Both the position numbers and the translations under genes were made by a program. The notes beneath the pieces were generated by a model. The model saw only the letters and a program-made list of their open reading frames with translations. It searched no databases and was not told where the DNA came from. Positions 29,676 to 40,294 of a stretch of DNA of 64,000 nucleotides are shown piece by piece; position 1 is the stretch's first letter, and each line of letters opens with the position of its first letter. Source of the DNA: Candidatus Heimdallarchaeota archaeon. GTDB taxonomy: Archaea > Asgardarchaeota > Heimdallarchaeia > JABLTI01. The stretch covers positions 160,001 to 224,000 of the forward strand of contig JAHLVW010000066.1 in the NCBI GenBank assembly GCA_019058275.1. The letters run 5' to 3'.

Positions 29676-29915
29676 GTGTCTGATATAAACAATAAAAAAG
29701 AAAAAAAATTACTCTTAAGAAAAATACTTTTGATTAGTATTCTTACATTCGTAATAATCAATATTCCTATTCTTATACTAGCTATTTTGAGTATTGGTGG
29801 AAACGCGATTTTTATTGCTTTAATAACGATAACTTCCTTAACAATTGTACAGATTTTTTATTATATTATATTAGATATAATTCAAATTTACAAGAAGAAA
29901 CAACAAATGAAATAA
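29676..29915 (+). CDS. Small two-TM membrane protein
   Basis: Two hydrophobic helices with basic flanks. Confidence 0.55.
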   Translation: MSDINNKKEKKLLLRKILLISILTFVIINIPILILAILSIGGNAIFIALITITSLTIVQIFYYIILDIIQIYKKKQQMK

Positions 29916-30043
29916 AGAGTGCTCTTTGTATCATTATTTCATTATCATAAAATAACTTTTAAAAGGGAAGGTATAATTTTCTTTTTGATGCTTTATTCTC
30001 AAATAAGTTCAAGTAAAAATGAATCAATGAGAAGGTAGATGTT

Positions 30044-31687
30044 TTGAAAAAATTATTGGATGATCTTGAAAAAGTTTTAAAAAAACACAAAAATATCATT
30101 AGAAATCCTGAGAGAGAGAAACTCATTCAGGCTGCTATTGATAATAGAGAAGCATATACGACTGCAAATGGTGCGTTATCAACTTGGACACCTCCTGAAT
30201 CAACAGGACGAAGCCCAAAAGATACTGTAATCGTTAAAAGACCTGAAAGTGAAGAATCAATAGATTGGACCTCTCCGAATTGCATCCCTATTTCTGAGGA
30301 AACTTTCGACATGGCTTGGGAAGATGCAATGCAAATTTTAATGGAGAAAGAACAACTATACCTTTCTGAAAGGTCTTTAGGTGCAGACTCATCATATACA
30401 ATGAGTGTGCTTACCTTGGGCGATAAAGCTCTAAGTATTCTATTTACCTATAATATGTTTAGACCAAATCCACCTGATATAAAAAATAGTATTTTTGCAG
30501 ATAGACCATTTACTTTAATAGTACTGCCTTATAATAAACTCAATCCAAAAAGATACGTAGGAAGAATTAGAAAACTCCCCAATGGTCAGACAAGTAATAT
30601 GCTTGTAGCTATGGATTTTGATAGAAGATTAGGACTAATTATTGGTTCAGCATATGGTGGTTCTGTAAAAAAATTGATGTTTACTGTCATGAATTATATG
30701 TTACCAATAGAAGGTATTCTACCATTACATTGTTCTGCTAATGAAGGACCAAATGGTAATACTGCATTATTATTGGGACTATCTGGAACTGGGAAAACAT
30801 CATTATCAACTGATCCTTCAAGAGCACTGTTAGGTGACGATGAACACAGTTGGAGTGATAATGGAATAGCTAATTTTGAGTTTGGCTGTTATGCAAAACT
30901 GATAGACCTTAGACAAGATAAAGAACCAGAAATTTACAACGCAATGCTTCATAATGATGATTACCTTAAGCATGGAGCTCTTTTTGAAAATACTATGATG
31001 TATCCAAATGGTAAATTTGATTTTTTTGATGATCGTCTTACACCAAATTCCAGAGGATCTTACCCACTGTCTTTCTTATCAAATATCAAAACACCTCCAA
31101 TTGGAGATCATCCGAAAACCATTTTGTTCTTAACTGCAGATGCAAACGGTATCCTCCCACCTGTATCTAAATTAACACCTGAACAAGCAATGTTGTGGTT
31201 TTTAATGGGATATACAAGTAAATTAGCTGGAACAGAAACAGGTATAGTAGATCCAGTATCAACGTTTTCTAGATTCTTTGGAGAACCATTTATGCCACGA
31301 AATCCAGATGAATATGCAAATCTCCTTGGTGAAAAACTGGAGAAGCATGGAACACAAGTTTATTTAGTAAATACTGGTTGGAGTGGTGGACCTTATGGTA
31401 TCGGAAAACGAATGGACATAAATCTAACCAGAAGACTTGTAGATGCAGCTCTTAATGGGGAATTTGAAAACGTAGAATATCAAGAAGATGAGATTTTCCA
31501 TCTACACGTTCCTGTTGAATGTAAAGGTGTACCAGCTGAGGTTCTATGGCCTAGAAATACTTGGGATGATAAGGATGCTTTTGATGAACGTGCAAAGAAA
31601 TTAGCACAAGACTTCAGTAATCATTATGATAAAGCATACGGCGGAAAGCTTGACCCAAAAATCGCCAAAGTATGCCCTGGGAAATAG
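30044..31687 (+). CDS. pckA: Phosphoenolpyruvate carboxykinase (ATP)
   Basis: TGRSPKD, LHCSAN, GLSGTGKTSLS, LGDDEH, GCYAK, VNTGWSGG. Confidence 0.96.
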   Translation: MKKLLDDLEKVLKKHKNIIRNPEREKLIQAAIDNREAYTTANGALSTWTPPESTGRSPKDTVIVKRPESEESIDWTSPNCIPISEETFDMAWEDAMQILMEKEQLYLSERSLGADSSYTMSVLTLGDKALSILFTYNMFRPNPPDIKNSIFADRPFTLIVLPYNKLNPKRYVGRIRKLPNGQTSNMLVAMDFDRRLGLIIGSAYGGSVKKLMFTVMNYMLPIEGILPLHCSANEGPNGNTALLLGLSGTGKTSLSTDPSRALLGDDEHSWSDNGIANFEFGCYAKLIDLRQDKEPEIYNAMLHNDDYLKHGALFENTMMYPNGKFDFFDDRLTPNSRGSYPLSFLSNIKTPPIGDHPKTILFLTADANGILPPVSKLTPEQAMLWFLMGYTSKLAGTETGIVDPVSTFSRFFGEPFMPRNPDEYANLLGEKLEKHGTQVYLVNTGWSGGPYGIGKRMDINLTRRLVDAALNGEFENVEYQEDEIFHLHVPVECKGVPAEVLWPRNTWDDKDAFDERAKKLAQDFSNHYDKAYGGKLDPKIAKVCPGK

Positions 31688-31688
31688 T

Positions 31689-31730
31689 TGATGGGATCCT
31701 AATCAGTGGATCCATATCATTATTTTTTTA
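31689..31730 (+). terminator. Hairpin plus T-tract after pckA
   Basis: tgatgggatcc / ggatccatatca imperfect inverted repeat, then tattttttta. Confidence 0.5.
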
Positions 31731-31853
31731 TCCTTCTTTCCTTTTATTCGATTGCTTTGCAAAAGCTTTTTGACCTAAAAACTAAATAATAGGATTTAAT
31801 ATCAGACTCATCAATTATCAATCAACTAGTTAGAACACTTGGGATGAAAGAAT

Positions 31854-32753
31854 TTGTCTATTGAAAATGAAATTAAAGAATTGTTACAGCAGCTTCAAAG
31901 TGATGATGATAAAATAAGAAGTCAAGCAGCCCTTTCATTAGGGTGGATTGGTGAAGAAACAGTTGTTAATCCCTTAATTCTTTCATTACAAAATGATACA
32001 TCCTCAAAAGTTAGAGCAAATGCTGCTATGTCTTTGGGACAATTAAATGATAACAGAGCAATACAACCATTAATTCAAGCTCTAAAAGACAAAGATAGTT
32101 TTGTTCGAGGAATGATTATCTATTCTTTAGGTTTGATGAAAGCTGATTCTGCTGTAGATGCTTTAATTGTTGTGTTGGAAAGTGATTCAGATAAGGAAGC
32201 AAGAATGGCTGCTGCAGATTCCTTAGCTCAATTAGAAAACATTAAGGCAATTCATCCATTAGTGAAGGCACTCGTAAATGATGAATCAAACGATGTAAGA
32301 AATGAAGCTAAGAATTCATTAGACAGATTAAGTATAATAACTTCGTTCCATGATCTTGATAACCTTGTACTAGAAGAAGTGCAACGTAAAAAGGAGTCTG
32401 GAACTGAAACCAAGGTAGAGGAGCGTCAACAATTCTTAGATGATATGCAGCAAAAAGAAATCGATAATAGAAGAAAGGAAATTGTTACAATCATAGAAGA
32501 GGAATTGCCTAAGATGTTAGAATATGCAATCCATAATGAGGAAATTTCTTTTGATAAAATATGTGATAAATTTGATTGTGATGACTTTACTTTAGAATTT
32601 GCTATAACAAAATTAACTGATAACAAAAAAATTAATGCTAAGGTTAATCCTGGAAGAAGAAGTTTCATTGTTATGAAACCAAATGCTGAACTAAGTGAAG
32701 AAGCTCAAATGAAATTGAAGCTGATTAGAAAGAAATTTGGCATCGATTGGTAA
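31854..32753 (+). CDS. HEAT (PBS-lyase) repeat protein with C-terminal PCI/winged-helix-like domain
   Basis: Five VR..AA.SLG repeats; C-terminal ISFDKICDKFDCDDFTLEFAITKLTDNKKINAKVN. Confidence 0.8.
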   Translation: MSIENEIKELLQQLQSDDDKIRSQAALSLGWIGEETVVNPLILSLQNDTSSKVRANAAMSLGQLNDNRAIQPLIQALKDKDSFVRGMIIYSLGLMKADSAVDALIVVLESDSDKEARMAAADSLAQLENIKAIHPLVKALVNDESNDVRNEAKNSLDRLSIITSFHDLDNLVLEEVQRKKESGTETKVEERQQFLDDMQQKEIDNRRKEIVTIIEEELPKMLEYAIHNEEISFDKICDKFDCDDFTLEFAITKLTDNKKINAKVNPGRRSFIVMKPNAELSEEAQMKLKLIRKKFGIDW

Positions 32754-32880
32754 ATGCTAATAGAAATTCAATTGAAGCTATTTTTTTTAGGTTAAATTTA
32801 ATAAAAAGTATTCATTATTAGTTTTGTAATATAATGAGTACAATCAAGGAATTTTCATTTAGTAATACAATAAAATAGTT

Positions 32881-33783
32881 GTGGAGATATCTATGCAGAA
32901 TGTAGCGATTATAACTAACGGAAGTTGTGATTTACCTAATGACTTGGTGCAAAAATATAATATACATATTGCTCCTTTTCAAGTAATTTTTGATTCAGAA
33001 GTGTTTAAGTTATTTGGAGATTCAGGTGATATAACCAAAGAAGAATTTTATGATCGATTAGTAAATGGTCCAATATTTCCATCAACTGCAGTTCCAACAC
33101 CAAAATCATTCCTAGATGCATTTGAGAAAGCATCAAAAGAAGCTAAATCTGTAATTGCGATATTTTTGTCAAAAGAATTATCAGGAACAATTCAAAGTGC
33201 ACTTAGAGTAGTACCTATGATAGAGAATGCTGACATAACAGTAGTAGATTCGAAAGCTTCAGCATCTGCTTTAGGTTTAATTGTTTTAGATGCTGCACAA
33301 CTAGCAGTAAATGGGGCAACTAAAGATGAGATTTTAGAAAGGTTAAATGAAATAATCCCACAAACAAGATTAGTATTGACACTTAATACAATGGAATATC
33401 TTTATAGAGGTGGTAGAATAGGGAGGGCAAAGAAGCTCTTAGGTCAAGCATTAAACATTAAACCAATTTTGCATTTTGAAGATGGATTTGTATCTTCGGG
33501 TGGAACAATAAGGGGAAGAGATGAAGTAATTAAAAGATTGAAATTCACTGCTCCTTATATTGTTAGAAATGCAGTAACAGATTATATCTTCGTTTGGCAT
33601 ACAAGAGATTTAGATATTGCTAAAGAACTTCTTGATATCATGGAAAAGGTTAATGAAAATAATAAAGAGATTAGGATTCAAGAAGCAGGTCCAGTCATAG
33701 GCACACATATAGGTCCGAAATCATTAGGATTTACATACATTGGTAAATACAATAAGAATTGGTTACTAAAAATGGAAGAGTAG
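32881..33783 (+). CDS. DegV family fatty-acid-binding protein
   Basis: SCDLP, LSKELSGT, LEYLYRGGRIG-like motif, IKPIL, GTHIGP. Confidence 0.93.
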   Translation: MEISMQNVAIITNGSCDLPNDLVQKYNIHIAPFQVIFDSEVFKLFGDSGDITKEEFYDRLVNGPIFPSTAVPTPKSFLDAFEKASKEAKSVIAIFLSKELSGTIQSALRVVPMIENADITVVDSKASASALGLIVLDAAQLAVNGATKDEILERLNEIIPQTRLVLTLNTMEYLYRGGRIGRAKKLLGQALNIKPILHFEDGFVSSGGTIRGRDEVIKRLKFTAPYIVRNAVTDYIFVWHTRDLDIAKELLDIMEKVNENNKEIRIQEAGPVIGTHIGPKSLGFTYIGKYNKNWLLKMEE

Positions 33784-33784
33784 G

Positions 33785-34708
33785 TTAATTTTCCTCTTTT
33801 CTTCTCTTCTTTCTAATGCAGCGAATTATCACATTGAATACAATGATTAATCCAATTGTAAATACTGCAATACCAATTTCAAATCCAGGGATGAATGCTG
33901 ATATAAACTTGAAACTCGGTAAATCATATCCACTTAAATGAATAACTACATTGATTTCTTCAGCAATTGAATAGCTAGCAAATAGACCATTGAAATTTGT
34001 TGATATTCTATATCCTAACAAAATTCCTGTTGTATCGTTCCATACAAACTTAATACTGTGATCAAATTGAATATTAACATCCAGCGTTTGATTTTCAAAA
34101 GAACCTCGCATATAAACATCAAACATAACTTGCTTATTTTGATGTTCAAAATGTGCTTGCAAATATGCTTCATATGCATAAACACCCGGAAGAACGTTAT
34201 GGTATTCTACTGTTGTTAGATTGTCCATAAAATCCCAAACATCAGCTTCTGTTTCTATAAAAAACCAATCTAGAATCTCTGGGCCATTTACTATATCCTT
34301 TGAATTAAAACCTTCTGTGGTAATTCGTGAGCATTCTTCTTCTGGATAATAAAGGAATTTAGCAAATTCCATCAAAAATTCATCATTTGTTATATGGCCC
34401 AATACATTATCAGTTGCGTTACTAACTCTAAAATCAACACCCCAATTTGCATCTACATCTAACACTTCAACAGAAAATTGTCCTCTTTGTGGCAAGTTAA
34501 GATTGCCAAAAGTACCACCTGTTCCACCTTCAATAAGGTCATTAACTTGAACAGACCATGCAGAGCTGTCAAGTACATAATTAAATGTTTGATCTGAGAT
34601 ATCACTATAATCTGCTTTTGTATCAATACAGGTAATTAAGATAATGCCAATTAGAAGTATATTAATTGACAATGAGGTCATAATTGCTCTTAGGGTTTTT
34701 AATTTCAA
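33785..34708 (-). CDS. Secreted surface protein with PGF-TM-basic C-terminal anchor (choice-of-anchor S-like), paralogue of 36211-37081
   Basis: Signal peptide; TTGILLGYRI, GYDLPSF, IPGFE-TM-RKKRRK. Confidence 0.75.
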   Translation of the reverse strand: MKLKTLRAIMTSLSINILLIGIILITCIDTKADYSDISDQTFNYVLDSSAWSVQVNDLIEGGTGGTFGNLNLPQRGQFSVEVLDVDANWGVDFRVSNATDNVLGHITNDEFLMEFAKFLYYPEEECSRITTEGFNSKDIVNGPEILDWFFIETEADVWDFMDNLTTVEYHNVLPGVYAYEAYLQAHFEHQNKQVMFDVYMRGSFENQTLDVNIQFDHSIKFVWNDTTGILLGYRISTNFNGLFASYSIAEEINVVIHLSGYDLPSFKFISAFIPGFEIGIAVFTIGLIIVFNVIIRCIRKKRRKEEN

Positions 34709-34897
34709 ATGGAATTCACCATACTAAAGAATCAATATGCATTAGTAGTCAAATAAATAATCACAGATTAAAATATTGCTTTAAGTTGGATGAAATATAC
34801 CTTTTTGATACAAATCAAATCGAAGAGAAGAAATTATTAAAAGTAAGCAATAAACAATTATTACAACTACTTTAGATTATTACTGTGGTGAAAATTA

Positions 34898-36166
34898 TTG
34901 AAGGAAATTAAAATTGGGAATGTCTCAGGAGAACCTGGGAAAATAAATTATGGTTTTCTAGACATATTGGAACATCCTGTTGGAACAGTTGAAAGGTTAC
35001 CTATAATAATCGCTCAGGGATTAAAAGATGGACCTGTATTATGGCTTACAGCAAATATACATGGAGATGAATATACTGGAATTCCTGTTATTCATAGAGT
35101 AATTAAGAATATTTACATAAAAGAGCTTAAGGGAGCAATTGTAGCCATACCCACTCTGAATCCTTCTGGTTCACGAATTAAAACAAGATATCCTTATTTC
35201 GATAAAAAAGATCCAAATCGACTTTTCCCTGATGGAAACCCATTCAAAGACAAATCTAAAACTGATAAATCAAGTGTAAGTCAAATCGTTTTGGATGAAG
35301 TGCAAAAAGATGCAGACATATCTATAAAAACCGAACAAGTCATTAAGATATCTGTTGAGGATGAAGAAAAAACTGAAATCAAGGATCCTCTGGCAGTTTA
35401 TGATAATGAAGAATTGTATCCATCTACACAAGAAATGATTTGGAAGAAACTTTTTGAGATAATAAAATCCTCTGCTGATTATTTGATAGATTTACACAAT
35501 GCATTCATAAAATCTATACCTTTTATATTTCTAGATCGGGTCCTCTACAATGATAATTTAGGGGAAGACGCAAAAAAGGAAGCTGAGGAATTATACAAGA
35601 AAACAGAAGAAATGGTAAAAGCATTTGGTTTTACAGTTGTAAGAGAAACTACTCCCACAAAATATATACAGAAAAAGCTTCACCGATCCACTTCAGGAGC
35701 AGCTTTAAATTATCTAAGAATTCCTTCTTTTACTGTTGAGCTTGGGATGTATTTAGACGTCGAACCAGAAGTGGTTGACGCAGCAACTGTTGGAGTATTG
35801 AATGTTCTCAAATGGTCTGGGATGATTGCTGGTTACATTGAAAAAATAAAAGATGTACCAGTAATAGCTGAAAATGCAGCTGTTAGACATATAGGACATC
35901 CAAGAGCAAAAGAATCCTCAATCATTGAATTAAAAGTAAAGAAAGGTGATTTCGTTAAAAAAGGAGATGTAGTTGCTAAAGCAAAAGACATCTTCGGACG
36001 ACCTTTAGCAAGTGGTTCAGAAATTAAAACTGAAGTTAATGGGTATGTTTTCATGATTAATGAAGGCATTTTGAGATATCCAAATGAAGAGATTTGCTGG
36101 CTAGCTGCTGAAGATGTTAAACCTATGGTTGATAAATGGCCAAAGAAAAGCCAAATACAACAATAA
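34898..36166 (+). CDS. Succinylglutamate desuccinylase/aspartoacylase family (M14-like)
   Basis: HGDE, DPNRLFP, DLH, TVELG; C-terminal barrel-sandwich domain. Confidence 0.9.
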   Translation: MKEIKIGNVSGEPGKINYGFLDILEHPVGTVERLPIIIAQGLKDGPVLWLTANIHGDEYTGIPVIHRVIKNIYIKELKGAIVAIPTLNPSGSRIKTRYPYFDKKDPNRLFPDGNPFKDKSKTDKSSVSQIVLDEVQKDADISIKTEQVIKISVEDEEKTEIKDPLAVYDNEELYPSTQEMIWKKLFEIIKSSADYLIDLHNAFIKSIPFIFLDRVLYNDNLGEDAKKEAEELYKKTEEMVKAFGFTVVRETTPTKYIQKKLHRSTSGAALNYLRIPSFTVELGMYLDVEPEVVDAATVGVLNVLKWSGMIAGYIEKIKDVPVIAENAAVRHIGHPRAKESSIIELKVKKGDFVKKGDVVAKAKDIFGRPLASGSEIKTEVNGYVFMINEGILRYPNEEICWLAAEDVKPMVDKWPKKSQIQQ

Positions 36167-36179
36167 AAAAAACTGGGAT

Positions 36180-36198
36180 GCGTAGATTTTATCTACGC
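36180..36198. terminator. Perfect 8-bp hairpin between convergent genes
   Basis: GCGTAGAT-TTT-ATCTACGC. Confidence 0.55.
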
Positions 36199-36210
36199 TT
36201 CTTAATAGAT

Positions 36211-37081
36211 TTATTTTCTCTTTTTGATTATGTACGCAATAGTACCGATTACAGCTAATGTAGGAATTGCTATTAACAATTCAAAACCTGAAATGAATCC
36301 ACTTGGAAATATTAAGAATGCCGGTAGGTTATAACCTTCTACTTCAAAATGCTGAACCATATCAATTTCCATAATAGATCCTGCAACATTTCCAGTATAA
36401 TCAATGTACATACGGAATCCTTTGACTGCTCCAGTAGTTTTATCGAAAGCAAATTTCATATTATATACTCCTTTGAAATCAGTGTTGTCAGCTGAAGAAT
36501 AATATCGACCACTAAGATACCAATCAAATACTGCAGTACTCGATGAATTAACGAATTCTCCTTGTAATTGGCTAAATGTCCATTCAGGATCTGTAAACAT
36601 GGACTCTACATATGTATCATTAGACAATTCAGTAAGCAAATCTGAGTATCCTACAGGATCGACGAAGAATAATCTAAACAGTTCAGGACCTTTTTCAATT
36701 TCATCTTGATCCCAAGTAGAGAATCCACCTGATATCATAATTGGATAAAATAGTAATAAGACGAAGCCAAGAATATCGAATCCTGAATTCGTTCCTTCAT
36801 CAAATTCTGAACCAATAGTCACATTCCAACTAACAGAAGAAGTACTTGCAGATGTTACATTAAGATCAAATTGTGTTCCTGCTGGATAAGAAGTGTTCTC
36901 AAAGTTAAATCCAGTTCCTGCTCCTGTATTTGTACCTTGCTTAAGAGTCCATTCTGATGCTACTACATCAAATGTGTATGTTGTACCTGCTGTGACATTA
37001 TAGTCAGCTTTTATCACGGACATGCTCGATACTAAACCAATAACAAATATTCGGTAATATAAAATTGATTAGTTTTTTCAA
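36211..37081 (-). pseudogene. Secreted surface protein (choice-of-anchor S-like) with a frameshift in its signal peptide
   Basis: GGTGA + TTG at 37081 gives MKKLINFILP, one base out of frame with IFVIGLVSSMSVIKA-DY. Ends ISGFE-TM-KKRK. Confidence 0.65.
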
Positions 37082-37245
37082 ATTTATCACCCAAAATTAT
37101 AATGTTTAATGAAAAACATATAACAATTAAAAACCCCGAAGCATATATGAACTTTACTTTATGAGAAAATTCTGTGCAAATCCTTAGTGATTGTTTCTAA
37201 TGGAGACATTGAATCTCAAATACTAAACCAATAAATGAATTTATT

Positions 37246-38757
37246 ATGATATTTGAAAGTACTAGTAGTATTTCAGAGGAGCTTTATTCAGTGAATCTCT
37301 TTAAAATATTTAAATCACAGTATCTTTTGCTTTTTATTTTAGCATTTAATTTTAGCATTATTTTCTCTTCAGTTCATTTTAATGATCAGAATACACTATC
37401 CAATGCAAGAATTCAGAAATCTGATCAAATGTTAAATGAATATGTTGAAGTTAATGCAGCAGATAAAACACAGATTCTATCTTTTACCTTTGCAATAGCT
37501 CCTACAAACAAAATATACTTGATTTATAATGAGCAAAATATCGATAATAATTCCATTAAAATGATAACATCTGATAGTAATTATCTGTGGAATAAATCAG
37601 CTGAAACAATTCTGGTTGAAAATGAAACTTTCAATCTTTTTGGAACACCAACTGCTTTTGCTACATCAGATGAACTTGCTGTAGCAATTACCTATTCACT
37701 GAATGAATATTCTGGTATTAAGATGTTAGTGAAGCAGTATTTGGATTTGAATTGGGTGGAGAAAATCACCCTATCAAATGATTCCTTTTCATTTCATGAA
37801 CCAATATTAAGATTAGATCAGAACTCAAATGACTACTGGCTATGTTGGAAAGATAATAGAGTTGGAGATTATAATCTATATTATCTCCATTATAATAGTA
37901 CTTCAGAACAATGGAGTAATCAAAGCAGGATAACTGAAGCAACAGGATTGAATAGTACAGATTGTGATTTTATATTAGATGATAATGGTAATGCTCATTT
38001 CGTATGGTCAGAGGGATTACATTTTGAAGAAAAAATCCTTTACAAGATGATATATAGAAATGGAACTCAAAAACCAATTGAAGAATTAACTACTGGTACT
38101 ACTAGATGTAGACATTCAAAAATCATAATCGATTCTTATAGTATGTTAAATGTTTTCTGGGGTAATTATACAGTTGAGTTTCCAGGAACACAATTTGGAA
38201 CAAAAAACATCCATTCTGCCAATAAACCTATTTTTGGTAATTGGAGTGAACCAATTGAAGTTGCTCCATTTATCCCTCCTGATAGACCTGCATCAGGTGA
38301 ATCAGATGCAAGCATGCCTTCAGTTGCTTTGGATGGGCAAAATCAACTCTGGTTAGCTTACGAAATAAGAGAGGAATATGCTTACCATCAAGGTGTAGAT
38401 ATTAGGGAAAGAATTAATCTGAATTGGCAACCTAGTACTCAACTTTCTCATGCTAATAATGCTGCTTTAAGACCAAAAATCAAAGTTGATGCTACTGGAA
38501 ATCTTCATTGCTTTTGGCTCGACGGAAGATTTGGGAACTATGAGCTATTCCATCGAATAAGATTTGCAAGTGGTGCTTGGTCTGATGAACTTAGCCTAAC
38601 AAAAGATGCTTTAGAGCTGGGTTTAGTTTGGACTATAATTATAGTAGTTATTTGTGGAACAATCTTGCTAGCTGTTCCAACAATAATAGTAAAGAGAATT
38701 AGAGCAAGAAGAAACATGGAAATAGTAAGGAGAAAAATGCAAGACTTAGAGAAGTAA
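37246..38757 (+). CDS. Secreted BNR/beta-propeller-like protein with C-terminal TM anchor (start may be GTG 37291)
   Basis: Repeats of D..GN.H.VW and WS.P; N-terminal and C-terminal TM helices. Confidence 0.75.
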   Translation: MIFESTSSISEELYSVNLFKIFKSQYLLLFILAFNFSIIFSSVHFNDQNTLSNARIQKSDQMLNEYVEVNAADKTQILSFTFAIAPTNKIYLIYNEQNIDNNSIKMITSDSNYLWNKSAETILVENETFNLFGTPTAFATSDELAVAITYSLNEYSGIKMLVKQYLDLNWVEKITLSNDSFSFHEPILRLDQNSNDYWLCWKDNRVGDYNLYYLHYNSTSEQWSNQSRITEATGLNSTDCDFILDDNGNAHFVWSEGLHFEEKILYKMIYRNGTQKPIEELTTGTTRCRHSKIIIDSYSMLNVFWGNYTVEFPGTQFGTKNIHSANKPIFGNWSEPIEVAPFIPPDRPASGESDASMPSVALDGQNQLWLAYEIREEYAYHQGVDIRERINLNWQPSTQLSHANNAALRPKIKVDATGNLHCFWLDGRFGNYELFHRIRFASGAWSDELSLTKDALELGLVWTIIIVVICGTILLAVPTIIVKRIRARRNMEIVRRKMQDLEK

Positions 38758-39270
38758 ATCCTCAATTTTTTTCTCTTCTTCAATATCGAGATTTTCTAAA
38801 ATTTCTAAATAAACTTCATTGGGATATTTAACACCCAAGAATCTAGCAACTACTTTTTTCTTACCATCTTCAGTTTTGTTATAAAAGACAATCGTTCCAA
38901 AATTAAAAATATTTGACAAAATTGGTGTTTTTCTAATTTTCATATCAACAATTTTCTCAAACTCAACAATTTTACTTTTTTTGGATCTATAAACACTTCT
39001 TATCTCAATTGAATCTGTATCGACCCAATATCTAGGAGCACTAATGAAGATGTAAGTAAGAGCAAAAACAGTGAACCCAACTAACGTAAAACCTACCCAA
39101 ATTATCTTAGAGTACCGTTCTGGATTAGGCCAACCTAAATCATATGGATTTAGCAAGAAGTGAACAATTGTGAATAATCCTAGATTAATAATCAAAGTAA
39201 GTGCTAACCATTGCATAATATATTCTATGGAAACTTCCAATGAAAATCTTGAACTTTTACTTTCGCTCAT
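38746..39270 (-). CDS. Two-TM protein with bPH_2-like domain
   Basis: RYWVDTDSIEI...IFNFGTIVF...GVKYPNEV. Confidence 0.75.
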   Translation of the reverse strand: MSESKSSRFSLEVSIEYIMQWLALTLIINLGLFTIVHFLLNPYDLGWPNPERYSKIIWVGFTLVGFTVFALTYIFISAPRYWVDTDSIEIRSVYRSKKSKIVEFEKIVDMKIRKTPILSNIFNFGTIVFYNKTEDGKKKVVARFLGVKYPNEVYLEILENLDIEEEKKIEDLLL

Positions 39271-39401
39271 TGCTATTTGCTCTTTTTTTTTTATTATGCA
39301 ATTGCTTTCCCTACTTTTCTAATTTTAGTTGATTTCTACAATTATTTAGTTAAAACTAGAAATTTGAGAAATAAAAAAGAAAAATGAGATATCAAATAAA
39401 A

Positions 39402-40051
39402 GCTATTCGTCACTTTCTTCTGGTTCTTCGTCTACTTCATCTTTCTTCTGTTTCAGTTGTGTCTTCTTCAACTTCTTCGTCAGGTGTTTCTTCTTCCTCT
39501 TCACATGTTTCTTCGACTACTTCATCTTCTTCAGTTTCAGTTGTATCTTCTTCACTTGTTTCTTTGTCTACTTCTTCATCTTCTTCCTCTGAAATTTCAA
39601 TAACTTCTTCTGCAATATCTTCAGCAATCTCTTCAATGACTTCTTCATCAACTTCTTTGTCAACGATTTCTTCCATCGTGTCTTCTAAGGCTTCTTCTAC
39701 AGCTTCTTCTAAAGTTTCTTCTATAATTTCTTCTTCTTCCTCTTTGGTGACTTCTTTGACTTTAGGAGCTTTCTTTGGTTTCTTCTTACCGCTACGAACA
39801 GCCAATACAATAATAATGACTGTTAAGCCAATCAATGCAAGTCCTGCTCCAACCAAAAAGAGTACAATGAATATAATTGGTACGTCTGGAAGATTAGATA
39901 TCCCTTCAACAAGTATCATTAAAGCTGGTATAATGACTAAAAACAATCCAAAAACTGCAACTGCATATGATAGAGCAATTGCTAAACTACCTTTAGTTCT
40001 AGGTTCAGTTTCTTCTTCAGCTGTCATGTTTCTTCTTATCCACAACATCAA
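39402..40051 (-). CDS. Two-TM protein with highly acidic repetitive tail (last codons frameshifted)
   Basis: Two TM helices, basic linker, E/D-rich tail. An extra base near 39442 moves the final EEDEVDEEPEESDE* out of frame. Confidence 0.75.
39424..39554. repeat. About 46-bp imperfect internal direct repeat encoding EEDTTETEEDEV
   Basis: Copies at 39424-39470 and 39509-39554. Confidence 0.75.
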
Positions 40052-40294
40052 AATTAAACATTTTGTCTAAAAAAGACCATTTTAGTTCTAGTAATTCTGC
40101 AATTATAATTTGCATATGTTTCCAAAACAGGTATTTTTTTGTAGTAAAAAATTCAATTAAATTTCCTTAAGAAAAGATCCTCTTTTTGTTAGCATTCTAA
40201 ATTAAATACCCTCGAAAGTTAAGAAAATAAACGATTATTGTTAAGAAAAAGACTGTCAATAGTACACTAAGAAAAGAGTAATTGGAGGCCTATA

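Noticed and set aside
34684-34875. 63-aa ORF upstream of the aspartoacylase gene
   Set aside because: Overlaps the start of the divergent gene and looks like AT-rich promoter DNA.
39384-40070. 228-aa Ser-rich ORF on the + strand
   Set aside because: Antisense shadow of the Glu-rich gene (GAA codons read as TCT/TTC); no independent features.
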